DNA of 64,000 nucleotides from Leucoraja erinacea (Eukaryota): NCBI RefSeq assembly GCF_028641065.1, contig NC_073398.1, positions 25,606,001 to 25,670,000 of the forward strand, read 5' to 3'. Shown piece by piece: positions 34,841 to 48,250 of this stretch (position 1 is its first letter; each line of letters starts with the position of its first letter). The notes under the pieces were generated by a model. It saw only the letters and a program-made list of their open reading frames with translations, ran no database searches and was not told where the DNA came from. The position numbers and the translations under genes were made by a program.

Positions 34841-34895
34841 ATGATGCTGATGTGGGTTTTGGCGCTGACCACACTGCTTGCCAGTGATGTGGCAG
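34841..34895 (+). CDS. Lectin B coding exon 1 (signal peptide)
   Basis: Paralog of 7412-7466; G|gtaagg donor. Confidence 0.88.
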
Positions 34896-37800
34896 GTAAG
34901 GTCCATTGATTCCAGGAGCATCAAGGGCCTGTCCCACTTGGGCGACATTTGCGTGTCATTTACTCAACATCCTTCACGCGTTACGATGCACGACACGCGC
35001 GTGATGCGCGCATGGGATGCATTTTGCGCGCATTGGTGTGTATTTCGCGCGCAGGTGCGTGGTGACGTAGGCTGCGATGCAAGGTCGCGCGCAGCGCCCC
35101 AGGATATTGGAATTCACAAAATCTTTGCATGCCACCTGTGTGACCTGTGGAACATGGGAATTTGTGGACATTGGGACTGGTCGGGATGTGGTAGGAAATG
35201 TCTCTTTTCTGGGATATTCATCTCAGAGCTGCTGAGTTGGAAAGTGGGTTGAAGTCTCTCCTCCACATCAGGAGACAGAGATTTATCCATGGTGACGCTT
35301 CACAGGAAGAAAGAGTTGCAGAAAGAGGGATATGTGACTCTGTCAGGAGCGCAGGGGATGTAGAGGAGAAGGTTCTGCAGGCACTGGTACAATGCAGCAG
35401 GTGCAGTTTACTTGCCCATTGTGAGGGTGAGGATGGAGGCTTGAGGGAGGATGGCCAGCGTGTTGGCAATGGTACAGGGGGAGTGAGTCCTGGGGGTGGG
35501 GAGTGAAAGAGACAGAGAAAGGTTGGAGTTATTAGTCATTTGATAATCAGACTGACATGCTTTGAAATGCAAAAAAACATTGCAGCTGGAAATCTGGAAG
35601 GATACAATCTTGTTTGTTTCAATGAGATAATCTCATTCTGATGACATTTTGAGTATAATTTAAATAATATTGAGTGTGTCTTAAATGGCTCTATCTCGGT
35701 TATGCCAACCATTGCTTTTCTCCTGTCTTACCTGTGAATGTATTCTCTCAATCACCTGACCGACCAAAGTTGACCCGTGCCACACAGCTTTGTAGCTTGC
35801 TCACCCTAGTTGTAACGCATTGGTCTTGATTTGTCCAAGACCAGTGGGAATTTTAACATAAAACCTCATGACAAAGATCAATGTACCTGAAGGCCCTTCA
35901 ACCAAAACATTATTAATTAACCCTTTGTCATTGCACAATACTGGGGATTTTTAGTCCCTTAAAGGAATGATCTAGAAAGCTAGCAGGAATATACTCAGTG
36001 CATATAACTCTGCATATTTACTGTTAATTTGTGTTGCCTAATCTTTCTGAAGATCAAAATAACTTATATATGTGTTAATACTGTTCCTAAATGTGCCTCT
36101 AAATTCTTGATATGTACCCTAGACTACCAGACCACTGGTGGGTGACCACGGACAAATCCAACCAATGTCTTCTGCCTATTGCTGTTTCTCAGCTCCACCC
36201 ATGAGATCAGAGAGACCTCGGGATATGAAGACATAGCTCTGTGAGAGTAGTGGTACAGGTGGACAAGGTGGTGAAGAAGGTGTTTTGCACTCTTGCCCTC
36301 ATCAAAGATTAAATGAATTCCATGTTACAGCTGTAAAGATGTTGCTGAGACTCCGCCAAGAAATTCAGTTACCTGGTCTGGTGGGCTTGAGTTATAAGGG
36401 AGGGATTGCGGATCAAAGAGTCCTCGGATACGATGACATAGCTCAGTGAGTGGCACAGGTGGACAAGGTGGTGAAGAAGGTGTTTGCCACACTTGCCCTC
36501 ATCGAAGATTAAAGGAGTTGGGATCCTCGTTACAGTTGGTGAGACCCCACTCGGAATTTATGTTGCCAGATCTGGTGGGCTTCAGTTACAAGGGGGGGTG
36601 TTATAAATTCATGAGGTGCATCGATAGAACATAGGTAGAACATGTCGGGGAGAAAAAACTGGAGGACATGTTATTCACAATGAGGGTGCAACAGGAAGTG
36701 GTACAGGCAGGTACATTTACAATATTTCAAGGACACTTGGACGGGTACATGGATAGAAAAAAGATGAGAGGATATGGGCTAAATGCAGACAAACGGGACT
36801 CGCTGAGTAAGGCCTTTGGTTGGTGATTGGTTTAAATCCAAATTCTCTTTAACTGACAGAGACGACCAATTACTTGGGACAGGAGGAGACTCAGCATCAC
36901 CTTGAAAAACGTGAGCTATTCAAAGGACCGTGTGCTGAAGACTGGTTTTATTTTCCTTCCTTAAAATCTTGTCACCGATTTTTCGCTGTCAAAAAGACAT
37001 GGTCAGATGCTGAGGTAAGTCCCTGAAACCAGTGGTTGCTCTGAAAGGCCTGGGGAACATTGCTCTCTGCTGGTTCATTCCCATGAACTCACAACACATC
37101 CTCTCATTGAATTATCTGCGAAGAGTCCCTGTGTTCCAGGGTGCGCTTCACTGCAGCCGTGGGCTCCGGTTCCTATCGCTTGGACCAGTGGGTAAAATAT
37201 TGGGGATTTGGGGGAAACTCCACACCCAGGAGTTAACACAGAGCTGGGGTTGACATCAGAGAGATTAAAGAACAAGAAATCTGATTCAAGTGGACAAAGT
37301 TGTCCAATTTCGAACGTCTAGTCGGGTGATTTATTTGGAGGCTTGTGAGAGGATAAAACTCTGCAACAGATAAACTATTTTGTTTGTTTAAAGATGATGT
37401 GCAATGCCCAAACACATTATGCAAATCTGGCTACTGTGAACTCGCCGGAACAAGACGAATTCATTGCCAAAGTGATTAATACAGTGAGCAAAAGTAGCAC
37501 ACGCGCTTGGATTGGCCTAAACGACTTATGCAAGGTACAGTTAATGATGACACGTTAGCTTCGTCACCACACTGGCCAGACCTGCATTTGTTGTTCTTCC
37601 CTGATCATCCACTGCCCTTTTCAAAGGGCAGGTTACAGTCAACACATTGATGGATCTCTGGTGTCACATCGTTGTTCAGAGATAGAATTACACATTATGC
37701 CCTGCAGAGCAACAGGGCACGGCAGTGTAATGGTTAAGTTACTCTGTGATATCCCGGTGATCCAGGCACACAAGTTTGATTCCAATCCCACACACCAGGG

Positions 37801-40800
37801 AATTTGTATCCAAGTAAATAAACTGCAATCACTCTGGAGTAACAAGTTACCATCAGTAATGGGGACTGAAACTACTGGACTGTTGTAAAAAATCATCTGG
37901 TTCGCTGTTGTTCTTCAGAGTTAGAAATCTGCCCTCCTTCCCCAGTCTGGCCTCATCACGACTCCAGAGATCCATCAATGTGTTGACTCTTACCTGCCGT
38001 CTGAAATGGTCAGAGGATGATCAGGGAAGGACAATAAATGCAGGTCTGGCCACTGTCACCACGTCCTGTGAACAAATAAAATCCCACATGTTCATGTGTT
38101 TCTGCTCCACATGAGCCTCCTCTCACCCTCCTTCATCTCACACCATCACTGGGACTTTCCTTTCCCGTCATCAGCTCATGGAATCAGCATTATACAGGGG
38201 TCAATACTGTATCAACGCATAAATATAAAATACGCACTGACACAACACATTAAAATGGGAGCAGGAGTAGGCCACTCGGCCCCTCAAGTCTGCCCCGCCC
38301 TTCAATGCGATTGTGCTTGACCAGTGCTGGCCTCAACATTTCCCTTCATTCTGCCCGATCCTCCCTGCAGTCACGTTCCAGTTAATCCTTTTCCTGACAC
38401 TGAATTATTTTTGTTCCCAAAATGTGGAAAGAACACGGGGCGAGGCTGGTGTGCAGAGTGACGTTACACAGCAGCTGTGAAGGAATCTAACAATGAGAAT
38501 TTAGAGATTTGTGGATATGAAATTGAAATCAATCACATGAGTTCTCTAAAGCTGAACAGAAGACAGTTAAGGCCAATCCTTACAATTAAATTATCACTGC
38601 TTTTTTTAATTAAAACTTAATAGAACCTATCCAATCAATACTTGAGAATATTTTGACCAAACAATGATAGCCACGCCAGCTTTGTTCAATGTTTCATAAT
38701 TTCTTACAACAGAGAAGTCCATTCATTCCATTAAGTCCACGCGAACTCCCAGTACAATCCCATCAACCCCATCCATTCAGTCATTTAATTGTAACCTACT
38801 TCCTCTCACATAAACCGGAGCACTCGCTGGAAAACCGCACGTCACAGGGAGAAGGTGCAAACTCACACGGATAACGCTGGAGGTCAGTACACTCATCGTA
38901 AATGAATCTTTGACAGAAATGTTAAAATGCTGCCAGTTAATTTCAGACACACTATTGAACAGGAGGTTTACTGCTGTTACACAGAGGGAGTGAAGCAACC
39001 CCATGGGTCCTGTGCTCTGCAGAACAGGACTGACTGCCCAGCAGTGAGAGGAGGATATATGGGATGTAATGCAGGAGTCAGGGGAACAGACACCGAGTGT
39101 AACTGTGCAGGAGGAATGAACAAGTGGGTAACACTGGAGTTAGAGGAAGGTACAGTGTGACAAGGCACATAAAGAAAGAACAGAACACAGACAGGAAAGT
39201 GAAAGGAATGTCCTGAGATTCATTTCACAATGAAATAAAATTAAGCAGAGAAACATTATGCTCAACCTCAGTCTTTCTCTGGGAGATCCCCTACTTTGTA
39301 TTTGTGTCCGTTGACCATCTTTTCCTTATTTTCTGAGTTACCATTACTACTCTTCTCTGACCTTTCCTCTCAGATTCTGTCACTTTCATCCCAAAGATTC
39401 TGTTACTTGCATGAGATTCCCCCACCCTGCCAGTCCATAGTTTAAATGCCCATCCACTGCCCTACTTGTCCTGGATGCTCGTATTCTGCTCTCACTCCAG
39501 CTTAGGTACAGCTCCTCCCTGTACTGTTAAACGGCGGGTTACTCAGCATTCCAACAGGAATGACCAGTGATTTTAACCACAGGAAGGGACTTTCAAATGG
39601 ATCGATGGAACTCGATTGGGTTACCAACATTGGAGTGACACACAACCCGATAATCGCTATGGCCATGAAGATTGTGTGATTCTGAACTATTTCAGTAAGT
39701 GTTACTATGACAGAAATGTAGAAACAGAAAACTGCATATTATATCTATCTTCAATTAAAAGCACTTTTGGTGCATGCTATCTAGTCAGTGGAAAGACTAT
39801 GCATGATTACAATCAAGACAACCAGTGTGGTTCATTCTGGCAAATTCATTTCACTTGCACTTTATGTGCAAGTGACAAATAAAACTGATATTGATTGATA
39901 TTGGTGTACAGATACAGGATAAGGGGAATAATATTTAGTAGAAGAAAGTCGACAAAAGTCCGATTAAAGATAAACCGAATGTCTCCAATGAGGTAAATGG
40001 TATATAATGAACGCTCTCTAGTTGGTGATAGAATGATTCAGTTGCCCAATACCAGCTGGGAAGAAGCTGCCCCTGAATCTGGAGGTATGTGTTTTCATAC
40101 CTATACTCTTTACCTGATGGTAGAAGGGTGAAGTCCCGCTTGTGGATATTGGGGGGAGATTGGAGTAGGCAGTACGAGGCTGGGGAACGATAGGATTAGA
40201 GGCTGTGTAATGGAGATCGCCAGAGGCAATGAGATCAGAAACAGTTTGCAAGATGATATTTTACTGGAAGTTCATTTCAAACATGGTATCAACAGACCTG
40301 CTGTTACACAGAGGGAGTGAACCAACCCCATGGGTCCTGTGCTCTGCAAACTGCACTGAGTGCCCAGCAGTGAGAGAAGGATGTATGGGACGTAATGCAG
40401 GCGTCAGGTGAACAGACACCAAGTGTTCTGTGCAGGAGAAATGTACAAAGGGGTAACACTGAACCTAGAGGAAGGTACAGTGTGACACGGCAGATAAAGA
40501 AAAACCTGAATACAGACAGGAAAGTGAAAGGAATGTCCTGAGATTCATTTCAAAATGAATTAAAATTAAAGTGTAAACATTATGCTCAACCTCTGTATAT
40601 TCTGGTTAGAGTGGACATGCTGTACTATAAACCTTTCCATATCACTCTTTTATAAAAGATTGACAGGCAGTGGAGCAGTGAACTGATCATAAAACAGAGC
40701 GGCAGAGAAGATCCAACAGGCTGAGGCTTGTTCTCCACAAGAGCAAAGATTGAGGGGTGACCAACCTGGGGCCGATCTCACTGTGAAGGATTTATAGGCG

Positions 40801-41786
40801 ATGTCGAGAGATGTTTCCTCGAATGTGAAACCAGATTTACTGGTCATAAATATAAAATAGCCACTGATAAATATAAGCGAGAAGAGGAAAAATCTTCTTG
40901 ACTTGCGCGTGGCGAGCAGGTGGAGCTCAGTAGCACATAATCGAGGCAGAGAGCACAGACTTAAGAGAGAGGTAGATGGAGAACGGAACAGACGGATGTG
41001 TTGATGGGTCGGATGAAGACAGGGGGGAGGCTGGTGTGGAGCAGCAACAGTAGCACGGGTCCATGGGCCGAATGGTCTGTTTCTGTGCTCCACATGCAAG
41101 GGAACACCCTAATTCTACAAACACTGGGTGTAACACTACAGATATTGGAATGTACACTGATGTTAAATCCCCAGATTTAGACATGACATTGGTTGCAGAA
41201 GTTCCAGCTCCAGAGTTTCCAGACTCTGCTCCCATTGTGTGAGGTCCATGGAATGGGGAGGGCTGGGTTTATCTCTGACGCAACAGGCGTGTTGTCCAGC
41301 CCACACAGGGAGTTGCAGCCCAGGGTGAGTCCAGACACTTCAGTCTGGGACAGTCCAAACCCCCGTGAATATTGGGGGCTTCAGGTTTCAGCAACACACA
41401 CTCTGGCTGCACCTGGCACCTCCACAGGAAGTGACTCCCTTTATTTACGAGGTAAACTCACCAATCAAGAGTCAGGGAACATGAATGGCTCACATACGCT
41501 GACTCAAATAGATGAACCATTTAGACCAGATAGAAAACAGAAAATGCTGGTAACAGTCAGCAGTTCAGGCAGCATCTGTGGGGAGTGGAAACGTCTCTCC
41601 ACACATGCCACCTGACCTATTGAGTATTTCCAGTATTTTCTTTCAGATATTTAGCATCTGCAGCATTTTGCTTGTGGACTAACAGGTAAATGCTTTTCTT
41701 ATTTCCTGCTTCTAGAAGAGGGAAGTTGGAATGATGTGGAATGTGGCAGTGGATATGGTTTTGTTTGTTATTACCATCTGCCTTAA
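34841..41786 (+). CDS. Secreted C-type lectin B (177 aa; QPD/WND); join(34841..34895,36860..37014,37394..37534,39583..39694,41716..41786)
   Basis: Canonical splice sites, same phases as gene A, 534 nt open frame. Translation: MMLMWVLALTTLLASDVAETTNYLGQEETQHHLEKRELFKGPCAEDWFYFPSLKSCHRFFAVKKTWSDAEMMCNAQTHYANLATVNSPEQDEFIAKVINTVSKSSTRAWIGLNDLCKEGTFKWIDGTRLGYQHWSDTQPDNRYGHEDCVILNYFKEGSWNDVECGSGYGFVCYYHLP. Confidence 0.93.
36860..37014 (+). CDS. Lectin B coding exon 2
   Basis: ctgacag|AG...GAG|gtaagt. Confidence 0.93.
37394..37534 (+). CDS. Lectin B coding exon 3
   Basis: tttaaag|ATG...AAG|gtacag; WIGLNDLC. Confidence 0.93.
39583..39694 (+). CDS. Lectin B coding exon 4 (QPD)
   Basis: ccacag|GAA...TTCA|gtaagt; WIDG...QPDN...EDC. 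Confidence 0.93.
41716..41786 (+). CDS. Lectin B coding exon 5 (WND)
   Basis: ttctag|AA GAG GGA AGT TGG AAT GAT...TAA. Confidence 0.92.
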
Positions 41787-41905
41787 AAGTAGAAGACTCC
41801 AGAATGATCCCCTCATCCTTTCCAGCAGTGGATCCAATGCTTTGATTTCTTTGTAGCCGCTCTCACTGTCTGTGGCGACTGTACTCACTGAGCTTCTCAG
41901 CCAAT

Positions 41906-41911
41906 AATAAA
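41906..41911 (+). terminator. Polyadenylation signal of lectin B
   Basis: AATAAA in the same context (ccaataataaagagaactgca) as gene A. Confidence 0.7.
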
Positions 41912-42424
41912 GAGAACTGCATCATGAGCTGTGTGTTTGGTGCTGTGTGAGTCCAGTTTCTCGCAGCCTTCCTGTCCCACTGTTGCTTCCTCCCCACCTC
42001 TGCACTCAGTGCTGCTCTGAGGAGAAGGCGGCACAGACTTTACACAATGAACTCTTGTCCTTCGGCCGCACCTGGTGTGTTGGGTCCCGGACACCGCACC
42101 TGGGAGAGAAATAAAGGCTGTGGAGAGGATACATGGGGGGTTAGTGGGATAGTTGCAGGGAGAGAGCTTTCACAGTCTTGTGGGTGAGCTGCAGAAGATG
42201 AACTGGGTCAAGAATCTCCTCAGAACATCTGTAAGAAAACCACTTATGTCTGTTTATAAATCAGCTCAACCAGGGTGGTGGTCAATTTCCCCACAATTCT
42301 GGCCGTCTTGGTAGGTGTCGCGACATGATGTGAAGGAAGTCAGGCCTTGCCCAACTCTCCAGTCAATTTCGTAAGGGAGAGTGAGAGAGATGGTGGGAGA
42401 AACTCAGAAATTACCCATTATTAC

Positions 42425-44015
42425 CTCTTTAATAATTGACAACAGCGTCTTTCCCACCACCGAAGTCAGGCTAACTGGTCTGTAATTCCCCATTTTCTCC
42501 ATCTCGCTCTTTTCTTGAAAAGTGGGATAACATTAGCTATCCTCCAGTCCACAGGAACTGATCCTGAATCTAATGATCATTGGAAAATGTTCACCAATGC
42601 GTCCACTATTTCTAGAGCCACCTCCGTGAGGACCCTTGGATGCAGACCATCCGGCCCCGGGGATTTATCATCCTTCAGTTCCATTAGCCTACCCAATTCT
42701 ATTTCCCGCCTAATAAAAAAAAATTTCAGTTCCTCTACCCCCTTAGATCCTCTTTCTTCCAGTACTTCTTGAAGATTATTTGTGTCTTCCTTAGTGAAGA
42801 CAGATCCGAAGTTCCTGTTCAATTCTTCAGCCATTTCCTTGTTCCCCATAATAATTTCACCCGTGTCTGCCTTCAAGGGACCCACATTTGACTTTGCTAT
42901 TCTTTTTCCCTTAACTTATCTAAATAAACTTTTACTGTCCTTCTTTATATTCCTGGCCAGCTTCCCCTCGTACTTCATCTTTTCAGCCCTTATTGCCCGA
43001 TTTGTTTCCTTCTGTTGTTCTATGAAAGTTTCCCAATCATCCGGCTTCCGGCTACTCTTTGCTGTGTTATACATCCTTTCTTTAAGTTTTATTCTATCCC
43101 TAACTTCTCTTGTCAGCCACAGTTGCCTCCCACTCCCCTTAGAATCTTTCTTCCTTTTTGGAATGAAATGATCCTGCTTCTTCCGGATTATGCCCAGAAA
43201 TTCCTGCCATTGCTGTTCCATCGTCATTCCTGCTAGGATCCCTTTCCAGTCTATCTTGACCACCTCCCCTCTCATGCCTTCATAGTCCCCTTTGTTCAAC
43301 CACATCACTGACACTTCTGATATAACCTTCTCCTTCTCAAATTGCAGATTAAAATGAATCATATTATGATCACTGCCTCCAAGCGGCTTTACCTTTAGTT
43401 CTCTTATCAAATCTGGTTCATTGGACAACACTACATCCAGAATTGCCTTTTCTCTGGTCGGCTCCATTACAAGCTGCTCTAACAATCCATCTCAGAGGCA
43501 CGCTACAAACTCTCTTTCTTGGGGTCCTGAACCAACTTGATTTTCCCAGTCTACCTGCATATTGAAATCCCCCATCACCACAGTGTCATTCCCTTTGTTA
43601 CATGCCAGTTTTAACTCCAGCTCCAACTTACACCCTACATCCGGGCTACTATTTGGGGGTCTGTAGATAACACCAATTAGTGTCTTCTTGCCTTTGCAAT
43701 TCCTCAACTCAATCCACAGCGACTCTACCTCATCAGTCCCTATGTCTTCCCTCGCAAGGGTTGAATTCCATCCTTCACCAGCAGAGCTACTCCCCCCTCT
43801 TCTGCCCACCTGCCTGTCCTTTCTATAGGATGTATAACCCTGAATGTTAAGTTCCCAGGCCCGATCCTCCTGCAGTCACGTCTCAGTAATCCCCACTATG
43901 TCATATCTACCAACCTCTAACTGAGCCTCAAGCTCATCTACTTTACTTCTTATATTTTGCGAATTCATATACAATATTTTAAATTCCTTGCGCATCTGGC
44001 ATTTCACATCAATTC
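42425..44015 (-). mobile_element. CR1 LINE ORF2 fragment (APE endonuclease to RT start), frameshifted
   Basis: GVIYRPPN, VVMGDFN, LGGSDHN, KSPGPDGLHPRVL. Confidence 0.92.
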
Positions 44016-45605
44016 CTATTTTACTTCGGAGTCACTACTAAATTAGCTGTTCCAACCACAAAACTAATATTTGAGAAATTGGGGTTTATCATTCATCCAG
44101 TTGAATTTAAGTTGATACCAACTGGAGTTATAGATTGCGATTTACCTTTAACTCTATTAATTATCCGTGACTCTGCCTTGGGGCAAGAGATTAGAATTAA
44201 TGAAAGCTTGTAACAATCTAGTTGTTTATTCATCAAGTTGCCAGTGTAATTGGCAATTTAGGGGCTGTTATTTCAGCTGCGCGATTGGGGCCTTTGCATC
44301 ATCAGAACTTACATCGTGCAAAGGAGCAAGCTCTCAAGTACCATGTAGGTCATTGTTAACAGATCTATGCTATTACCAGTTAAAGCTATAAAGTCACAAT
44401 GATGAACAAACAGTATTCAGCATTGCTCCCGTACTCTTGGTCATTAAACCTTCAGTTATTACAAACTGATGCTAGCGCTCAAAGATGGGAAATTACTATC
44501 TCATCTCTAGTCACAGAGGCGGATGGGATGTGCATGAGTTACCAATCCCTCAGTTATATGGTATCAACTACCTAAAGTCACTAGGTGCGTTCTATGGGTT
44601 AAAGGCTTATTGTGCGAATATGCATATCTGCATGCTCAACTACAAGTTGACACACTACGTGGTGGCATATATTAATCACATGGGTGCAATCAAGTCAATA
44701 CCCTATGATAAGTTTATCTAACCTCATTTGGCACTGGTGTATCATCACGTAAATCAATGACAACACAGAATGGATGTTGGATCACAAAGTATTTAATGAC
44801 ATTGTGGATCGATGGAACACCAAATATTGATTTGTTTGCATCTAGTCTCAATCACCAGTTACAAAAACATCTGGCATGGCGGGCATTCTCAGGGGCAGTG
44901 GCGATGGATGCATTCTCTTACACCAGCAAGACTCAGCCTCAGGCTTTTGATAGTGCCTGTCTGGCCTACACAGCCATGGGCCCACTCATACTGGGAATGA
45001 TAACAGAGCCTTTTATGGCTGTTCCCAAACGCAGAAATCTGCTGGCTCACCCCGTGACTGGGGAGAACCATCCTCTGCATGAGTGAATCAAATTGTTGAT
45101 TTACAGACTATGAGAAGACCCTTCCTGGGGTACGGACTGTCAGGTTGTACGGTGGATGTAATCACTGCGGCCTGAAGAGATAGTACCAGGAAACAGCACA
45201 CCTCCTATATCAAGGAATGGGAAGTATTCCGTTTACAGTCCAATATATCGTATGACACGGTACGTATAACAGATGTCTTGGAATTCCTCTCAAAGCTATA
45301 TTTCACAAGAGATGTAGTGCTATAAATTGTGCCGGAAGTGCCTGGTCGTCATACTTCCTGCAGGGGTCGAGACACCACGCTGTCGGGTCTCGACCTCTGA
45401 TATCCAGATTTATGAAGGATATCTTCAACTCAAATTCCCTAGGCCCAGGTACTCGAAGATATGGGATGTTTATGTCCTGCTGACGCTGCGTCGCCGGTGG
45501 GCTCCAGCTACATCCTTATCCTCGGTCAAAATCACTTACAAAGTGGTTATCCTCAAGGCGCTGGGTTCAGCGCAACGGGTCCAGTCATTGCATAAGCTAC
45601 GACTC
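44016..45605 (+). mobile_element. Internally deleted DIRS1-type element (5' terminus fused to RT end, RNase H, MT, start of YR)
   Basis: Starts ctattttacttcggagtcac, like the other two DIRS. Remnants FEKLGFIIHP, TDASAQ, GTPNIDLFASSLNHQL, VPVWPTQPW, PRYSKIWDV, SAQRVQSL. Confidence 0.9.
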
Positions 45606-47010
45606 AGCCAAACATTCCCACACTGGCCAACATGTCCTAGCTACACTAGTTCCACCTGCCTGGGTTTGGCACAGATGCCCCCCAAACCTGTCCTATCCAT
45701 GTAATTTTCAACCTTTTTCTGAAACGTTGCGATAGTACCTGCCTAAACGATCTTGTCTTGCAGCTCCTTCCATACACCCACCACCATTTGTGTGAAAAAG
45801 TTACCCATCACATTCCTATTAAATATTTTCACATTCACCTTAAGCCTATGTCCTCTGGTCCTCAATTCCCATACTTTGGGAATAAGGCTTGGTGCACCTA
45901 CCTGATCTATTCCTCTCATGATTTTATACACCTCTATAAGATCACCCCTCATCCTACTGCACTCCAAGGAATAAAATCCCAGCCTACTCAACTTCTCCCT
46001 ATAGCTCATACCCTCGAGTCCTGGCAACATCCTCATGAATCGTCTCTGTACCCTTTTCAGTTTGACAGCATCTTTCCTGTAACATGGTGCACAGAACTGA
46101 ACACAATACGATAATATGCAATACTCACCAACATCTTACATAACAGCAACATGGCCTCCCAACATCTATACTCAACACTCTGACTGATGAAGGCCAATGT
46201 GTCAAAAATCCTTTTAACTGCCCTAGCTGTGACTCCACATTCAAGGAGCCATGTACCTGCACTTGTAGATCCATTTTCTGTATAACACTCCCCATAGTCC
46301 TACCATTCACTGTGTAGGTCCCAAAATGTAACACTTCACATTTCTCTGTATTAAATTCCATCAACCATTCCTCAACCCACCTGGCCATCTGATAAAGATC
46401 TTGCTGCAATTTTTCACAACTATCTTCACGATCTGCAATACCACCCACTTTTGTATCATCTGCAATCTTGCTAATTTTGCCATGTATGTTCTCATCCAAA
46501 TCATTGATATAGATGACAAACAGAAATAGCCCCAGCACTGAGCCCTAAGGCACACTACTTATGCTTCCAGCCTGAGAAGCAACCTTCCACCATCACCCTC
46601 TGCTTCCTTCCATTAAGCCATTTTCTATCCATTCAGCTATCTACCATGTGAAATCTACCTTGCCAAGGTCCATAGAAACAACATCTACAGTTCTGTTCTC
46701 ATCAACCTTTTTGGTCACATTTTCAAAAAACAGGCAGATTTAAGAGACCTGATCCCCCATGTACAAAACCATGTTGCCTATCCCAAATCAGCTCTGACCT
46801 TTCTCAATGAATGTTTTTCATATCTCTCAGAATACACTCTAATAACTTTACAACTACAAATATTAAGCTCACTGGCCTATAGTTCCCAGCATTATCCCTG
46901 CCGCTCTTCTTAAATAGTGACACAACATTTACCTCCCTCCATTCATCCAGCACCTCTCCTGTATTCAATGACAATTCATAAATTTCAACCACGACTCCCA
47001 CAATTTCCTG
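45606..47010 (-). mobile_element. Degraded CR1 LINE RT and 3' end
   Basis: NYRPVSL, FVIYINDLD, ADDTKVGG, RGDLIEVYKIM. Confidence 0.9.
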
Positions 47011-48250
47011 AGGAGAGGAGAAATATTCATTGTCCTGTACCTCTCCCCGAGATCACCTGCAATCTTTTCTAATTTCCAGACAGTTTAGTCTAATATTCCT
47101 CCATCTCTCTTCAGTGGACACTTCCCTAATTCTAAACATCCATCTAGTAAATCAACGCTGCACAGGCACAGATTCCAAGGCAAATATTTCCTCCCTTAGG
47201 TACGGAGAACAAAACACGAGATGAAAATTCATGGAGTTGTGGATATTGAGGAAGATTGTATCGCATGCAGCAGGATAGAGATCAGTTGGAAATATGTGGA
47301 GAAATGGTAGATGAAGAGTTCTCTTCCCCACTCCATCTGACTGAAGAACGGATCAGACCCATAACGTCATTGGTACATCCCCTCCACAGATGCTGCCTGA
47401 TCTGCTGAATTGCTCCAGCACTTAGTTTATTGCTCAGGATTCCATCATCTGCACTCTCTTTTATCTTACAGTTGCTAAATAATTGATGTTGAAATATCAT
47501 TGGCTCAAGCAGCAAAGTACTGGGCAGTGAAGTCAAAAGCAATGCTGATGGTGAAGAATGTGCTGGAACAGAATTGTGTTTACCACTGGCAAGGTGGGAA
47601 AGGCAGAGCACTAACTGACACAGTGGTGTTGTGTTGGAAGTTGACGGACAGCCTGGGTCAGAACAACTGCATTAAATCGATCAGGGACGTACTAATGAAG
47701 GATGGCCCTTGAAACAAGTGAAGGACGGTCAAGGAACCGATTGAGAGACAGAGAGAACAAAGGGGAGGATGAAACCTTCAAGTAGTTGTGTGTCTGAACC
47801 AGGCCACATTTGTCACTGGACAATCTGTGTAATGGACCCGGTCAAGCAGTCGCTCAGTGTGGGGAACTGGCACAGAACTGGAGTTGAGGTCAGAATAGGT
47901 CGGCCATGATCATATGGAATTGCTGTGATTTAGATGAAGGGAAATCTCCTTGTGTGGAGTGTTGGGGTTTGTTAAAGATACAGTAATGTATTTATTTCGC
48001 TCAGGCAGGTGTGGGAGGTAACTCTAAATATGAAAACACAGACACAGAGTTCCTCGTGTTCCACACACAGATGCAAAGCACATGCGTATACTTATACCCA
48101 AACCTGTCTGCATTTCAGCAATTCTTTATCTAACAGAGCATTGTACAGCCTCTTGCCTTGTCCATATATGATAATATTCAAACGGGACACGCTGAGTAAG
48201 GCCCTTTGGACGGTGAGTTGGTTTAAATCTGAATTCTCTTTAACTGACAG

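Noticed and set aside
37715-37800. tRNA-like A/B box sequence
   Set aside because: Degenerate SINE head; no cloverleaf.
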